Positions 34,784-45,981 are shown, counted from the first letter of the stretch. The stretch: DNA of 64,000 nucleotides from Nitrosopumilus sp. (GCA_965207445.1 CBDBLX010000002.1:1687849-1751848); one strand, 5' to 3'. The notes: generated by a model not told the origin, from the sequence alone. Program-made: numbers and translations.

Positions 34784-35686
34784 TTGAGTGGAATCGTAAT
34801 TGATGGAATCAAGATAGCTGCTAGTGTAAAGAGTAAAATCAAAGAAAACGTACTTGAACTCCAAAAGAGAGGCATCAAGCCATGCTTGGCGACCATACTA
34901 GTAGGAGATGATGTAGCATCTGTTACATATGTTAAAAAAAAGCATGACGCATGCTTTAATGTTGGAATTTCAACACTAGACCACAGATTAAAAGATAACA
35001 CATCACAAAAAGATCTCAACAAGACAATAGAAGAACTTAACTTGAATCAAAACGTGCACGGAATACTATTGCAATTACCACTGCCAGAGCACCTGAATAG
35101 TACAGAGGCATTATCAAAAATGTCACCTGACAAAGACGTAGATGGTCTCACATCACACAGTATGGGTCTACTTGCAATCGGTGAGGCAAAACTCATACCA
35201 TGTACACCACTTGCCATAATGACCATATTAGAGTATCAAGACATAGACTTGGCAGGAAAAACCATAGTAGTGGTAAATAGAAGCAATCTAATTGGCAAAC
35301 CACTAGTGCACCTCTTATTGAAAAAAGATGCCACGGTTATAGTGTGTCACTCTAAGACAAAAAACATTGAAGAGTTTACACAAATTGCAGATGTTTTGAT
35401 AACTGGAGTAGGAGACAGAACAAGATTTGAGGTGAGACCAAATATGATAAAGGATAATTGTGTTGTGATTGATGTTGCAATATCAAGGTATAATGGCAAG
35501 CTAGTAGGTGATGTAGATTATAAAAAAGCAATCTCAAAGGTATCACATATAACACCAGTGCCAGGTGGAGTAGGTCCGATGACAGTAGCAATGTTATTAC
35601 AAAACACCATAATAGCAGCAGCGAGTATAAATAATGTTGAAATCAAAACCAATATCACAACAAAAGCAAAAACAACAACAAAATAA
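34784..35686 (+). CDS. folD: Bifunctional methylene-THF dehydrogenase/cyclohydrolase
   Basis: GILLQLPLP, KDVDG, PCTP, ITPVPGGVGPMT. Confidence 0.97.
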   Translation: MSGIVIDGIKIAASVKSKIKENVLELQKRGIKPCLATILVGDDVASVTYVKKKHDACFNVGISTLDHRLKDNTSQKDLNKTIEELNLNQNVHGILLQLPLPEHLNSTEALSKMSPDKDVDGLTSHSMGLLAIGEAKLIPCTPLAIMTILEYQDIDLAGKTIVVVNRSNLIGKPLVHLLLKKDATVIVCHSKTKNIEEFTQIADVLITGVGDRTRFEVRPNMIKDNCVVIDVAISRYNGKLVGDVDYKKAISKVSHITPVPGGVGPMTVAMLLQNTIIAAASINNVEIKTNITTKAKTTTK

Positions 35687-36254
35687 AGAAAAAAAACAGA
35701 TTCGCAACCACATGCTTGAAAAACGAGAATGCACATCAGAGGACTATCTCAATATAGCAACTCGGCAAATATCAAATGCCATACTTGCAAGTAAAGAATT
35801 TACAAATGCAACAAGTATTGGCGCATACTACTCAATAGGAAGTGAGATTCCAACACAAATGCTAATAGTTGAAATGATGAAACGTGGCAAAAATGTATAC
35901 TTGCCAAGAGTAACAAATGAGACAAAGATGGAATTTGCCCTAGTTTTACCCACATCAAAGCTACGATCAAGTAAATTTTTTACAGAAATTATGGAGCCTG
36001 AACCCAAAGCACATGTCACAGATCACATGGACATGATACTAGTACCTGCAATAGCAGCATCATACAACGGATACAGACTAGGATATGGACATGGGTATTA
36101 TGACAGATACTTGACAGAGTATGACAAGATTAAAGACACAGTAATAATTGCATTATTACTTGAAAAACAACTAGTAAAAAAATTACCCGTAGACAAACAC
36201 GACATAAAGACAGATATGATAATAACAGAAAAGAGAACTATTTCGTGTAATTGA
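35634..36254 (+). CDS. 5-formyltetrahydrofolate cyclo-ligase
   Basis: LVPAIA...GYRLGYGHGYYDRYL, HDI. Confidence 0.92.
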   Translation: MLKSKPISQQKQKQQQNKEKKQIRNHMLEKRECTSEDYLNIATRQISNAILASKEFTNATSIGAYYSIGSEIPTQMLIVEMMKRGKNVYLPRVTNETKMEFALVLPTSKLRSSKFFTEIMEPEPKAHVTDHMDMILVPAIAASYNGYRLGYGHGYYDRYLTEYDKIKDTVIIALLLEKQLVKKLPVDKHDIKTDMIITEKRTISCN

Positions 36255-36278
36255 TCAAAAATATATCCACGATAGTGA

Positions 36279-37769
36279 TTAGTGTGTTATGTTATCAAGG
36301 CTTGTAGCAGAACCAATATCAGAACGATACTCTAAATCACCCTTGACGTGTTTGTCAATGGCATTATTTATCATATCAGATGCATCACATATGGTATCAG
36401 AAGTTGCAGAGAACGCAACAATTCTGGATTTTTTAATTGTGCGATAACTATTCTTGCCAGTGCGTATACATGATGCATAATATGCAACCACACCCAACTT
36501 TTCAATCGCATCATCATCAACCTCAAAGTCAAGTGCATTTGGACTTGGTGATGGATACTCTTTTGCTACCAAATATTTGTTAACACTTGCCTTTTTTGCA
36601 AAAGATACAACGTCACTATACAATGTGCCATCCCACATGCGTACAAGTATCTCTGAGAGTCGAGTATTTAGAACAGATAGTATATTGAGACACTCTGGGT
36701 CGCCAAATCGACTATTAAACTCCATGAATTTGATACCATTTGAAGTTTTAAAGAAACCACCATTGATAACACCAGTAAAGCCAAGTGAGTGAGAGTGCAT
36801 GTCATCAAGTATGCGCTGCATTATGATACGACAGTCATCTAGATCTTTGTCTGACATGAATGGCAGTTTTGAATCTGCATCTGAAAAGCATCCCATACCT
36901 CCAGTTCCAGGGCCATTATCTCCTTGAAATCTATAAGGATAATCATACGTGGCAGGTGACATTACAAGATGTTTGCCATCTGTTAGTCCCATGATGGTAA
37001 ATTCAATACCATTTAGTTTTTCAACAAACAGTACACCGCGTTCATTGTCAGTATTGCTGTTGTAGTTATTGTGACTAGTGTTATGATCGTTGTTGCGGGT
37101 AGCATTATGATCAGTAGCATTATGATCAGTAGCATTATGATTATCAGTATCATGATCAGTAGTATCATGATCAATATCATCACTCAAATTATCATCATCA
37201 TCAAGTAGTTGTGCAGCATAAGATGCACAATCATCATACGTCAAAAGATGCTCTGGCATTACCTTTACACCTTTACCACCGGTCAGTCCTTGTGGTTTTA
37301 CGACCACATTCATGTTGTGAGATTTGAATTCAGATAGCGCAGCATCTATCTGACTTTTTTTATTCACAATGCGATAAAATGGAGTGTATTCTGGACAGAG
37401 TTTACTCATCATTTTGATAGCATATATCTTGTCCCACTCGATGCGTGTAGCTGCTTTTGTGCCCCCAATTGATTTTATTCCTGCAGATAAAAGTGCATCA
37501 ACGACACCATTTGCAAGAGGCTCATCTGCATTTACAAATGCATAATCAATCAAATTAGTACGAGCAAATTCTACAACAGTATCAGGATCACTTGAGTTGC
37601 CAACAAGATACGAGCCACAAGTTTGTTTAATGCATTTTATAATCAGAGGATTCTCATGCGGGATTACTGCATACACCACATGATGCTGTGACGGGTCATT
37701 TGCAAGATCAAGTGCAAATGATGCTTCTCGTCCACCACCACCTATGATGAGAAATCTTTTTTTGTTCAT
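36279..37769 (-). CDS. purD: Phosphoribosylamine-glycine ligase
   Basis: GGGGRE, GGKGV, GPGTGGMG, EFNSRFGDPE. Confidence 0.95.
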   Translation of the reverse strand: MNKKRFLIIGGGGREASFALDLANDPSQHHVVYAVIPHENPLIIKCIKQTCGSYLVGNSSDPDTVVEFARTNLIDYAFVNADEPLANGVVDALLSAGIKSIGGTKAATRIEWDKIYAIKMMSKLCPEYTPFYRIVNKKSQIDAALSEFKSHNMNVVVKPQGLTGGKGVKVMPEHLLTYDDCASYAAQLLDDDDNLSDDIDHDTTDHDTDNHNATDHNATDHNATRNNDHNTSHNNYNSNTDNERGVLFVEKLNGIEFTIMGLTDGKHLVMSPATYDYPYRFQGDNGPGTGGMGCFSDADSKLPFMSDKDLDDCRIIMQRILDDMHSHSLGFTGVINGGFFKTSNGIKFMEFNSRFGDPECLNILSVLNTRLSEILVRMWDGTLYSDVVSFAKKASVNKYLVAKEYPSPSPNALDFEVDDDAIEKLGVVAYYASCIRTGKNSYRTIKKSRIVAFSATSDTICDASDMINNAIDKHVKGDLEYRSDIGSATSLDNITH

Positions 37770-38159
37770 ATTTACACCTGCACAGATCAGATCATTTTAC
37801 AAAATTAAACTGGATTTTTCTAATAAAATATTTTGGCACAATTATATTCAAAAAGTTATGCAAGAGTACAACAATAGTATTCAACATGACAATCACTCCT
37901 CTAATTTTGAGTAAATACAATGATCAATTAAAAAACTCAATTTCAATATTAAAACTCCTAGCTCATTATTTATATTTATTATGTGAATTATTAATTAGTC
38001 ACATAATTAGAATCTAAAAATATAGTGTTGATCAGCAACACCAAAGATCTAATTGGTGTTGTTAATTTGTTGCAAGTTGGTGATTTTTGGAGCAGCCAGC
38101 AATACACAGAAGTATATGAAAATACTAACTTTATAATGCTACAAATCAGAAAAACAATC

Positions 38160-41100
38160 ATGAAATTTGCTCAGAAATATGATGCAAAAGAGATAGAGTC
38201 CCAAGTCAGGGCATACTTGCAAGGGCAAGATATGCATGAGCAGATACGTACTAGCAACAGAGAGAAAAAGGCAAGATTCATCGAAGGTCCACCTACTATG
38301 AACGGTTCGCCTCATGCAGGACATTTGCGAGGCAGGGTGATCAAAGACTTGTGGTACAGATTCAACACGCTACGTGGAATGCACATAGAATTTAATGGTG
38401 GGTGGGATACACAAGGACTACCAATCGAATTACAGGCAGAAAAAGATCTTGGTGTGACAGGAGGCAAGACACAGGCAATACAACAATTTGGAGTAGAACG
38501 TATAGTATCAGAGTGTAAAAAGATCGTATCAAAGTACACAAAGGAATGGATTATAGTAGATAGTCTTCTTGGAATATCACTTGATCATAGAAGCGCATAC
38601 AGGACATTTGATGACTCATTTATTGAACGAGAATGGAAGATTCTCAAGTCTGCAAAAGAGTTGCACGCAGTACGAGAAGATTATACAGTAATCGCATACT
38701 GCCCGAGTTGTCAGACATCCCTGAGTCATGCAGAGGTGGGACAAGGATACAAAGAGACTACTGACCCATCATTATACTATACAGTCAGATTAGAGATGGA
38801 TAGTGTAAAAGATAGCAAAGTTGGTGGTGGTGATGGTGGTGATGGTGGTAGTGATGGTGGTGATGGTGGTAGTGATGGTGGTGATGGTGGTAGTGATGAT
38901 AATGACAATAATCACAGCGATAATTATGGTGATAAACACGGCAGTCACAACAACAACAACAACAACAACAACAACACACACCTAATTGTATGGACTACAA
39001 TGCCATTTACACTCATCACAGATGCAATGGTAGGTGTTCATCCAGACGAAGAATACATGCACATAAAAATTGACAGTACAGACAAGATACTAGTAGTAGG
39101 AAAGACAAGATTAGAAGGATTCCTAGCAGAGATAAAAGCAGAATCATATGAGATCATAAAAAGTGAAAAAGGCTCAGAGATGGATGGTAGAAACTATAAC
39201 CACCCATTACGACACATGATACCAGGTCTTGATGCGGCACTAAAGAGAAATCTTGACACATATCACAAAGTTATAGCCGATGATTTTGTTGATGTGAATA
39301 CGGGAAGTGGTCTTGTGCATATTGCACCTGCAAATGGTGAAGAAGACATTAGGATAGCAAATGAGCGTAAAGTGGAGATATTCTCACCGATTGATGATGA
39401 AGTAAAATTTACACAAGATGCAGGTGACAGATACGCAGGAGTGTTTGTGAGGGATGCGGACCGCATGATAGTAGAGGATCTAAGAGAGCATGGATCACTG
39501 ATCAAGATAGGTAAGATAAAGCACAATTATCCCCATTGTTGGCGTTCTGGCCACGCACTTGTGTGGTTGGCTCGCAGAGGTTTCTTTTATGATACCAAAG
39601 TAATAGGCGAGAATACGACTATTGCTGCTCAAAATGTAGAATACTTTTTTGAGCAACCAAAAAACCGCTTTTTATCAATAATAAATGACAGACATCCATG
39701 GTGTATATCAAGGGAGCGTGTATGGGGATGCCCCCTACCAGTATGGAAATGCAATGACTGCTCAGAGGCCACATGGTTTTACTCACGCGATGAGATTGTG
39801 AGTAATTCAATATATCTGCCTGATGGCAAAGACTTTGAGCTTCACAAGCCATGGATCGATAACATAAAGGTACGATGCAAAGACTGTGGAGGTGTAAATA
39901 CTACAAGAGAAGATTATGTACTTGATACATGGCACAATAGTGGCTCTGCGCCATGGTCGTCACTAGATGACCAGCAATATCAAAGCGACATACCAGTGCC
40001 ATTTCTCACAGAAGGAATTGATCAGACAAGAGGATGGGCATACACATTGTTGCTTGAGAGTGTAATATTAAAAAAAGACGCCATAGCCCCATACAAGTCG
40101 TTTTTGTTTCAAGGACACGTACTAGATGAAAATGGGCAAAAGATGAGCAAGAGTAAAGGAAATGTACTAGACGGGATGGATATGCTAATAAAATATCCAG
40201 CAGATACAATACGACTATACTTTATGTGGAAGGCATCTCCAATAGAACCGCTGAGTTTTAGTACAAAAGAGATGATGTCAAGGCCCCACCAGATACAAAG
40301 TACATTGTATAACCTACATCTATACCATATGCAGAACAGTATATATGATGAGTTTGATAAAAATATACACACCATAAAATGGGCTAGAGAGAAAAATATG
40401 CTAAAAGAGCCAGACTTTTGGCTAGTCTCAAAACTTCAACATTTAATCAATACAGTCACGGACTTGAATACAAGATGTAGATTTCACGAAGCCGCAAGGG
40501 CACTTGACGATTATATTGTAAATGTGTTCAGTCAGATATACGTTAGAATGACAAGAAGTGAGATATGGAATGAAGATGAGCAAAACAGAGACAGAAGGCT
40601 TGCCATATATGCAGTCTTGTACCACACATTGCATTCACTTGATGTGATGATGCACCCATTGTGCCCCCATATTACAGAGTACTTGTGGCAGACAGTAATA
40701 TGTGAAACTGAAAAACAAAACAGCATACTACTTGAAGCATGGCCAACGTATGATCATAGCATGGTGAACTCAAAACTAGAGAGTTCATTTGATTTTATGA
40801 CCAAAATAATATCAGCGTGTAGCGCAGCACGTATGACAAAAAAACTAAAGGGTAGATGGCCACTAGATGAGGCAATCATATGTGTAGAATATGGCCAAAA
40901 ACAGAGAATAATACCACTAACAGATATGCTCAGAGAACAGATAAACGTTGAGAAAATATCCATAATAGAACTCAAAAATATGAATAAAAAGAATACAGCA
41001 CATGCAATAGAGCTCATAAATTCAAACATGCCAATTACAACAACAGCACAAATAAACGGAAAGAGTGCAGGTCCAAAGGCAAAGCAGCACATGTCAAAGA

Positions 41101-41711
41101 TGATGCAACTATTTCAAGGTATATCACCAAAAAATATAACACAAGAACTCTACAAGTCAGGCATATACAACATGAGAATATCAGATGATGTAATCATAAG
41201 TCTTGATGAGGATGATATTTTTGTAGGGTATGAGCCCACACAAGGGTTTGCAATGGCAGTGAAGAGGGACAATGCAACATCAAACAATCAGAGAGTTCGT
41301 GATGGTGAGGAGGGTGGTGGTAAACATGGCAATGAGGATAGAAAACGATATGATGCAGATGATCACAATAGCAACAATAATAGCAACAATAACAGCAACT
41401 ACACAGAAAGCGACTCATGTGTAGTATTTCTGAGCACATCACGAAACAGAGAGTTAACTGCCAGAGGACTCGTAAAAGACATTGCAAGAAGACTACAGTC
41501 CCTACGAAAGAGTAGAGGGTACAATCCAACTGACATACTAGACCAAGCATCCATACTAGATTTGACAGATGAGCAACAAAGTATGCTTGCAGACAAGGTA
41601 AGTGATCTGACATTTTTAGTTAGAGTAAAAAAGATAAGCTTTGAGCAAACTTGCACAAAATACGACAACGATGAGATCGACGAACAAAAGATAAGAATAT
41701 CTGTGGAATAG
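38160..41711 (+). CDS. ileS: Isoleucine-tRNA ligase (start placed at MKFAQKY)
   Basis: EGPP...PHAGH, GWDTQGLPIE, WTTMP, EGIDQTRGW, KMSKS. Confidence 0.96.
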   Translation: MKFAQKYDAKEIESQVRAYLQGQDMHEQIRTSNREKKARFIEGPPTMNGSPHAGHLRGRVIKDLWYRFNTLRGMHIEFNGGWDTQGLPIELQAEKDLGVTGGKTQAIQQFGVERIVSECKKIVSKYTKEWIIVDSLLGISLDHRSAYRTFDDSFIEREWKILKSAKELHAVREDYTVIAYCPSCQTSLSHAEVGQGYKETTDPSLYYTVRLEMDSVKDSKVGGGDGGDGGSDGGDGGSDGGDGGSDDNDNNHSDNYGDKHGSHNNNNNNNNNTHLIVWTTMPFTLITDAMVGVHPDEEYMHIKIDSTDKILVVGKTRLEGFLAEIKAESYEIIKSEKGSEMDGRNYNHPLRHMIPGLDAALKRNLDTYHKVIADDFVDVNTGSGLVHIAPANGEEDIRIANERKVEIFSPIDDEVKFTQDAGDRYAGVFVRDADRMIVEDLREHGSLIKIGKIKHNYPHCWRSGHALVWLARRGFFYDTKVIGENTTIAAQNVEYFFEQPKNRFLSIINDRHPWCISRERVWGCPLPVWKCNDCSEATWFYSRDEIVSNSIYLPDGKDFELHKPWIDNIKVRCKDCGGVNTTREDYVLDTWHNSGSAPWSSLDDQQYQSDIPVPFLTEGIDQTRGWAYTLLLESVILKKDAIAPYKSFLFQGHVLDENGQKMSKSKGNVLDGMDMLIKYPADTIRLYFMWKASPIEPLSFSTKEMMSRPHQIQSTLYNLHLYHMQNSIYDEFDKNIHTIKWAREKNMLKEPDFWLVSKLQHLINTVTDLNTRCRFHEAARALDDYIVNVFSQIYVRMTRSEIWNEDEQNRDRRLAIYAVLYHTLHSLDVMMHPLCPHITEYLWQTVICETEKQNSILLEAWPTYDHSMVNSKLESSFDFMTKIISACSAARMTKKLKGRWPLDEAIICVEYGQKQRIIPLTDMLREQINVEKISIIELKNMNKKNTAHAIELINSNMPITTTAQINGKSAGPKAKQHMSKMMQLFQGISPKNITQELYKSGIYNMRISDDVIISLDEDDIFVGYEPTQGFAMAVKRDNATSNNQRVRDGEEGGGKHGNEDRKRYDADDHNSNNNSNNNSNYTESDSCVVFLSTSRNRELTARGLVKDIARRLQSLRKSRGYNPTDILDQASILDLTDEQQSMLADKVSDLTFLVRVKKISFEQTCTKYDNDEIDEQKIRISVE

Positions 41712-41740
41712 CTTTTATTGGAACATTTCAGAAATCACAC

Positions 41741-42382
41741 ATGGCAAAAGCAAAATCAAGCAGTGCTTCAAAGTCAAAAAATACGAAAACTAAATCTTCA
41801 AAGCAAGATACACCAAATGTCATTGGCGTGACTGTGCTTGCCAAGAATGGTCTTGATGTAGAAAAACTGCTAAAAGAGCTGATAAAAAACGCCGCAGTAG
41901 AGTTCACAGCATACTATTACTTTACCAACTTGAGGGCTCACTGTACAGGAATGGAAGGAGAAGGACTAAAGGGCATAATAGAAGATGCAAGACTAGAGGA
42001 TCTCAGTCACTTTGAGTCATGCATTGAGCGCATATATCAACTCGGAGGTACATTGCCCAATGATGCAACAGAGTTCATAAGAATTTCGGGTTGTGACTTT
42101 TTAAAGCTGCCACCAAACCCAACTGATCACAAGTCCATACTTGAAAAATGCCTCAAAGCAGAACAAGGTGCAATAGTCAACTGGAATAACATATGTAATA
42201 TGACATTTGGCAAAGATCCTGCAACATATGACATTGCAAAGGATATACTAGCAGAAGAGATCGAGCACGAGTCATGGTTTCTAGAGTTGTTGTATGGCAG
42301 ACCATCAGGTCATATGAGACGCAAGTATTCAGGTGAGCGACCACATACTAGAAAACACTCACGTGCATTAGATATGGTTTAA
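41741..42382 (+). CDS. DPS-like (DPSL) ferritin-superfamily protein
   Basis: EFTAYYY, EDARLEDLSHFE, ILAEEIEHESWF. Confidence 0.9.
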   Translation: MAKAKSSSASKSKNTKTKSSKQDTPNVIGVTVLAKNGLDVEKLLKELIKNAAVEFTAYYYFTNLRAHCTGMEGEGLKGIIEDARLEDLSHFESCIERIYQLGGTLPNDATEFIRISGCDFLKLPPNPTDHKSILEKCLKAEQGAIVNWNNICNMTFGKDPATYDIAKDILAEEIEHESWFLELLYGRPSGHMRRKYSGERPHTRKHSRALDMV

Positions 42383-42679
42383 TGTACATATAATGTACAC
42401 TTTCTTTTTTATTAATTATAACGAGTAATATTTTATGTCTATAGATGCTCAAATTCTGGCATAGCAAGTAAAATAGAGAAAAGAAAGTAGGCAAGATTTA
42501 CTAGGATTAATAAGAGTCAAAGTGCACATATATGCCCTCAATATTTTACAGGTGTAAAGACGTCTGCCAAAAATTCTCTTGTTTTATTTTTTTTGTGGGT
42601 GTGGTAAAAATTATGAGTGGTGTTACAAGCAGCATACAAATCCGATCAGTGTTAAATAGAAAAAAAGACATGTATTCAC

Positions 42680-43081
42680 ATGGGAAAACAAGTCAACCTT
42701 GACACATGGCAGACACAACGCCTACAAGAACTGCTTCAGATGGGATCTGAGATTGTATCAAAGACTGACAGATCAATAATACTATACAGACAAACACTAG
42801 AAGAAGAAGACGGATGTTATGAGGAGATCGTCTGTACATTAACTACTGGATATATCATAGAGCAGATAGTGACATCAGGGGGCATGTTGGTTCCAAGTTT
42901 TCGATGTCAGGTTATATACAAAATACCTGATTATCCAAAAGTGCTTTTAGGACAGAGTAAAGACAGATTCAGAGAGGTTACAGTCAGATTAGAAGAGCAA
43001 CTAGGATTACATGATGATGATGATGATAAAAAAGGGGAGGAAAACGATGAAGAGAAAATCAATTTAAAAGTGACAAGATAG
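42680..43081 (+). CDS. Hypothetical protein
   Basis: 133-aa ORF with upstream TTAAATA TATA-like box. Confidence 0.6.
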   Translation: MGKQVNLDTWQTQRLQELLQMGSEIVSKTDRSIILYRQTLEEEDGCYEEIVCTLTTGYIIEQIVTSGGMLVPSFRCQVIYKIPDYPKVLLGQSKDRFREVTVRLEEQLGLHDDDDDKKGEENDEEKINLKVTR

Positions 43082-43189
43082 TAAACATACAACATAAAAA
43101 CAGATAGCCGCGATCATAAAAACTAGCCAAACACCATAAAAAATTATTACGTCACAGTTATTAAATATCGCATTTAATTTGAAACGAAT

Positions 43190-44311
43190 ATGCGACTGTT
43201 AGAATTTCAGGCAAAAGAACTCTTCAGAGAATACGGCATCAATGTGCTCGATAGCAAGGCATCAAACAACATAGAGCAAGGCAGAAAACATGCACAAGAG
43301 TTAGGTTATCCATTTGTAATCAAGATCCAAGTACCCGTAGGTGGAAGAGGCAAGGCAGGAGGCGTACAGGTCTGTAATAATTCAGATGAGTTTGAGATTA
43401 GATATCCACAGATTAAAAATTTGGTGATCAAAGGTGAGAGTGCAAGGGCAATATTACTTGAAAAGATGGCAGATATTAAAAAAGAGTTGTATGTGTCGCT
43501 GTTCTTGAATCGCTCAAAGCGATGTTATACCATAATTGCATCATCAGAAGGTGGAGTTGAAATTGAATCAGTAAAGAATCAGACTATCAAAGAGATCGGC
43601 ATGGGTGATATATCAGAACATCTAGCACAAGAGGTAGCAGAACAGATAGGACTAAAAGACAAAGCAGCAAAAGGATTTGCAGACATTCTAGTCAAACTCT
43701 CAAAGCTTACTATACAAAAAGAAGCAGAGTTAGCAGAGATAAACCCTCTTGCAATAATGCAAGATGGTGAGACTGTAATTGCGCTAGATGGCAAGTTTGT
43801 AACTGATGACAATGCAAACTTTAGACATGCAGAGTTAGAGAAATATCAAGAAAAATCAGAGATAGAGGAGAGAGCAGAAAAGAGTGGATTCTCACTTGTA
43901 GAGCTTGACGGTAACATTGCAGTTGTCGGAAATGGTGCAGGACTAGTAATGTCAACATTTGACATGTTATCAGATAGTGGCGGCAAACCAGCATGTTTTT
44001 TAGATGTAGGTGGCGGGGCTACAACAGAGTCCGTATATGAGGCCCTCACACTGATCAGCAAGATCAAAGGTGTAAACAGCATACTAGTAAATTTGTACGG
44101 CGGTATTGTAAAGACTACCGTAGTAGCAGAGGCATTCTTAAGAGCATATCAGACAAAATTAATTGACATGCCAGTATACGCTAGACTAAAGGGAACAGAG
44201 TCAGAAAAGGCAAAAGAGATGTTGCAAAACTCTAGAATCAAGATGTTTGATTCAGTAGAGGATGCAATTAGTGCAGTAGTTTTAGAAGGAAAAAGCGAGC
44301 AAGGAGAATGA
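43190..44311 (+). CDS. sucC: Succinyl-CoA synthetase beta subunit
   Basis: LLEFQAKELF, GGRGKAGGV, EINPL, NGAGLVM. Confidence 0.96.
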   Translation: MRLLEFQAKELFREYGINVLDSKASNNIEQGRKHAQELGYPFVIKIQVPVGGRGKAGGVQVCNNSDEFEIRYPQIKNLVIKGESARAILLEKMADIKKELYVSLFLNRSKRCYTIIASSEGGVEIESVKNQTIKEIGMGDISEHLAQEVAEQIGLKDKAAKGFADILVKLSKLTIQKEAELAEINPLAIMQDGETVIALDGKFVTDDNANFRHAELEKYQEKSEIEERAEKSGFSLVELDGNIAVVGNGAGLVMSTFDMLSDSGGKPACFLDVGGGATTESVYEALTLISKIKGVNSILVNLYGGIVKTTVVAEAFLRAYQTKLIDMPVYARLKGTESEKAKEMLQNSRIKMFDSVEDAISAVVLEGKSEQGE

Positions 44312-44314
44312 TTA

Positions 44315-45280
44315 ATGATGACAAGTAATATAGACATATTCAAAATATTGCAAGGTTTGCCAGAGGACCAAGATTATAAAAAGAAAAAAGTCATTGTTCA
44401 GGGCATAACAGGGGCATATGGTTCACTACATGCAAGAAATATGATTTCATATGGTACCAATATCGTTGCAGGTGTTACACCGGGCAAGGGCGGTCAGATG
44501 TTTGATGAAAATATACCCATATATGATACAATGTCAGAGGCAGTAGATGCCACAGGTGCTGAGATATCAGTAGTGTTTGTTCCAGCAAAGTTCTTTTTGA
44601 GTGCAGCAAAAGATGCACTAGAGGCAGGTATAATACTATTAGTTGCAATACCAGAGCACATACCAATACGAGATACAATGCAGACTCTAAATTTGGCAGA
44701 GCAAAAGGGGGCAGTCATGATAGGTCCAAATACCCCAGGTATAATGATACCAGATGTAATCAAGATAGGAATAATGCCACCCTCTCCATTCAGATCAGGT
44801 CGAATAGCTGTTTTGTCAAAGAGTGGTACATTACTCTATGAGATATCAGATGCACTAAGTAGTACAGGCTTTGGACAAGCAATTACAATTGGGATTGGAG
44901 GGGATCCCATCAATGGTACCAGATTGGTAGATGCATTTGAGATGGTAAAAGATATCAAAGAGTTAGATGGACTAGTTATAGTAGGTGAGATTGGAGGTGA
45001 TTCAGAGGAGATATTGGCTCAGCGGATCATCGACTCAAAGTTTTCAAAGCCAACAGTTGCATATATTGCAGGTAGAGCAGCCCCCAAAGAGAAGAGAATG
45101 GGTCATGCAGGTGCAATTGTAATGGGAACGTATGGGTCAGCAGAGTCAAAGATAGCAATGTTCAACAAGGCAAACATACCAGTTGCAAAGAGGCCAATAG
45201 AGGTGCCGGTATTGCTTGCAGAAAAGATTGATGGGAATAGTAATACAATAAAAGATAATAATATTAGCAAGAATGATTAA
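44315..45280 (+). CDS. sucD: Succinyl-CoA synthetase alpha subunit
   Basis: VQGITG, GVTPGKGG, GPNTPG, RMGHAGA. Confidence 0.96.
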   Translation: MMTSNIDIFKILQGLPEDQDYKKKKVIVQGITGAYGSLHARNMISYGTNIVAGVTPGKGGQMFDENIPIYDTMSEAVDATGAEISVVFVPAKFFLSAAKDALEAGIILLVAIPEHIPIRDTMQTLNLAEQKGAVMIGPNTPGIMIPDVIKIGIMPPSPFRSGRIAVLSKSGTLLYEISDALSSTGFGQAITIGIGGDPINGTRLVDAFEMVKDIKELDGLVIVGEIGGDSEEILAQRIIDSKFSKPTVAYIAGRAAPKEKRMGHAGAIVMGTYGSAESKIAMFNKANIPVAKRPIEVPVLLAEKIDGNSNTIKDNNISKND

Positions 45281-45305
45281 TAAAAAGAGTAAAAGTGAAT
45301 AATAC

Positions 45306-45473
45306 ATGCCAATTACAGACCCTGAGAAGAAAAGAATTGCACAACAAGCACGTCTAGTAATGAAGATATGCTTTAGCTGTGGTGCACGTAATGACATCAA
45401 TGCTACAAGATGCCGCAAGTGCGGAAATCCATATCTGAGGCTTAAAAACCGTAACTTGGGCGCCAAAAAGTAA
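45306..45473 (+). CDS. rpl40e: 50S ribosomal protein L40e (absent from the ORF track)
   Basis: Manual translation: MPITDPEKKRIAQQARLVMKICFSCGARNDINATRCRKCGNPYLRLKNRNLGAKK. Confidence 0.95.
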   Translation: MPITDPEKKRIAQQARLVMKICFSCGARNDINATRCRKCGNPYLRLKNRNLGAKK

Positions 45474-45562
45474 CATTTCAATGTGTAACAATCTAGGTGT
45501 TTTTATATGTAAATATAGAACATGTAAGACTAAAGTTAATGGCAAGTCAGCGTTGTCATTAC

Positions 45563-45634
45563 AATCATAGTTGTAATCATAGTTGTAATCATAGTTGTAA
45601 TCATAGTTGTAATCATAGTTGTAATCATAGTTGT
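45563..45634. repeat. 12-bp tandem repeat x6
   Basis: (AATCATAGTTGT)6. Confidence 0.95.
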
Positions 45635-45889
45635 AATGACCATCATAAATAATAGTTTAAAAAGTACACTCAAACAAAAAACGTATTAATGAACGATTAC
45701 CCACATACAAGATTACAATTTTATAAAAAATTGTTTACGTATATATATATATGATTATATTAAACATTATAATCAGCACTGCACATCATCATACATTACA
45801 AAAAGCATTAATTGAATTGACAAGACCCACATTACTTGCATTACAATAACAGTCAAAAGACAAAAAAGTGGTTTTTTAGAACAAAAAAT

Positions 45890-45981
45890 GGACCGGTCGT
45901 CTAGCCTGGTTTGGATGACGCACTCACACTGCGTAAGGCAACAGCCCGCAAAGGTCGTGGGTCCGAATCCCACCCGGTCCA
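45890..45981 (+). tRNA. tRNA-Val(CAC) with a 17-nt non-canonical BHB intron (45936-45952)
   Basis: Acceptor GGACCGG/CCGGTCC, anticodon arm ACGCA-CTCACAC-TGCGT, T arm GTGGG/CCCAC; T-tract follows. Confidence 0.9.

Noticed and set aside
38025..38159. N-terminal extension of IleS
   Set aside because: Does not resemble IleS; a TATA-like TTTATAA at about 38130 precedes the ATG at 38160.
38820..38980. Intein in IleS (or in UvrC/PurD)
   Set aside because: Inserts are simple repeats without intein splice motifs.
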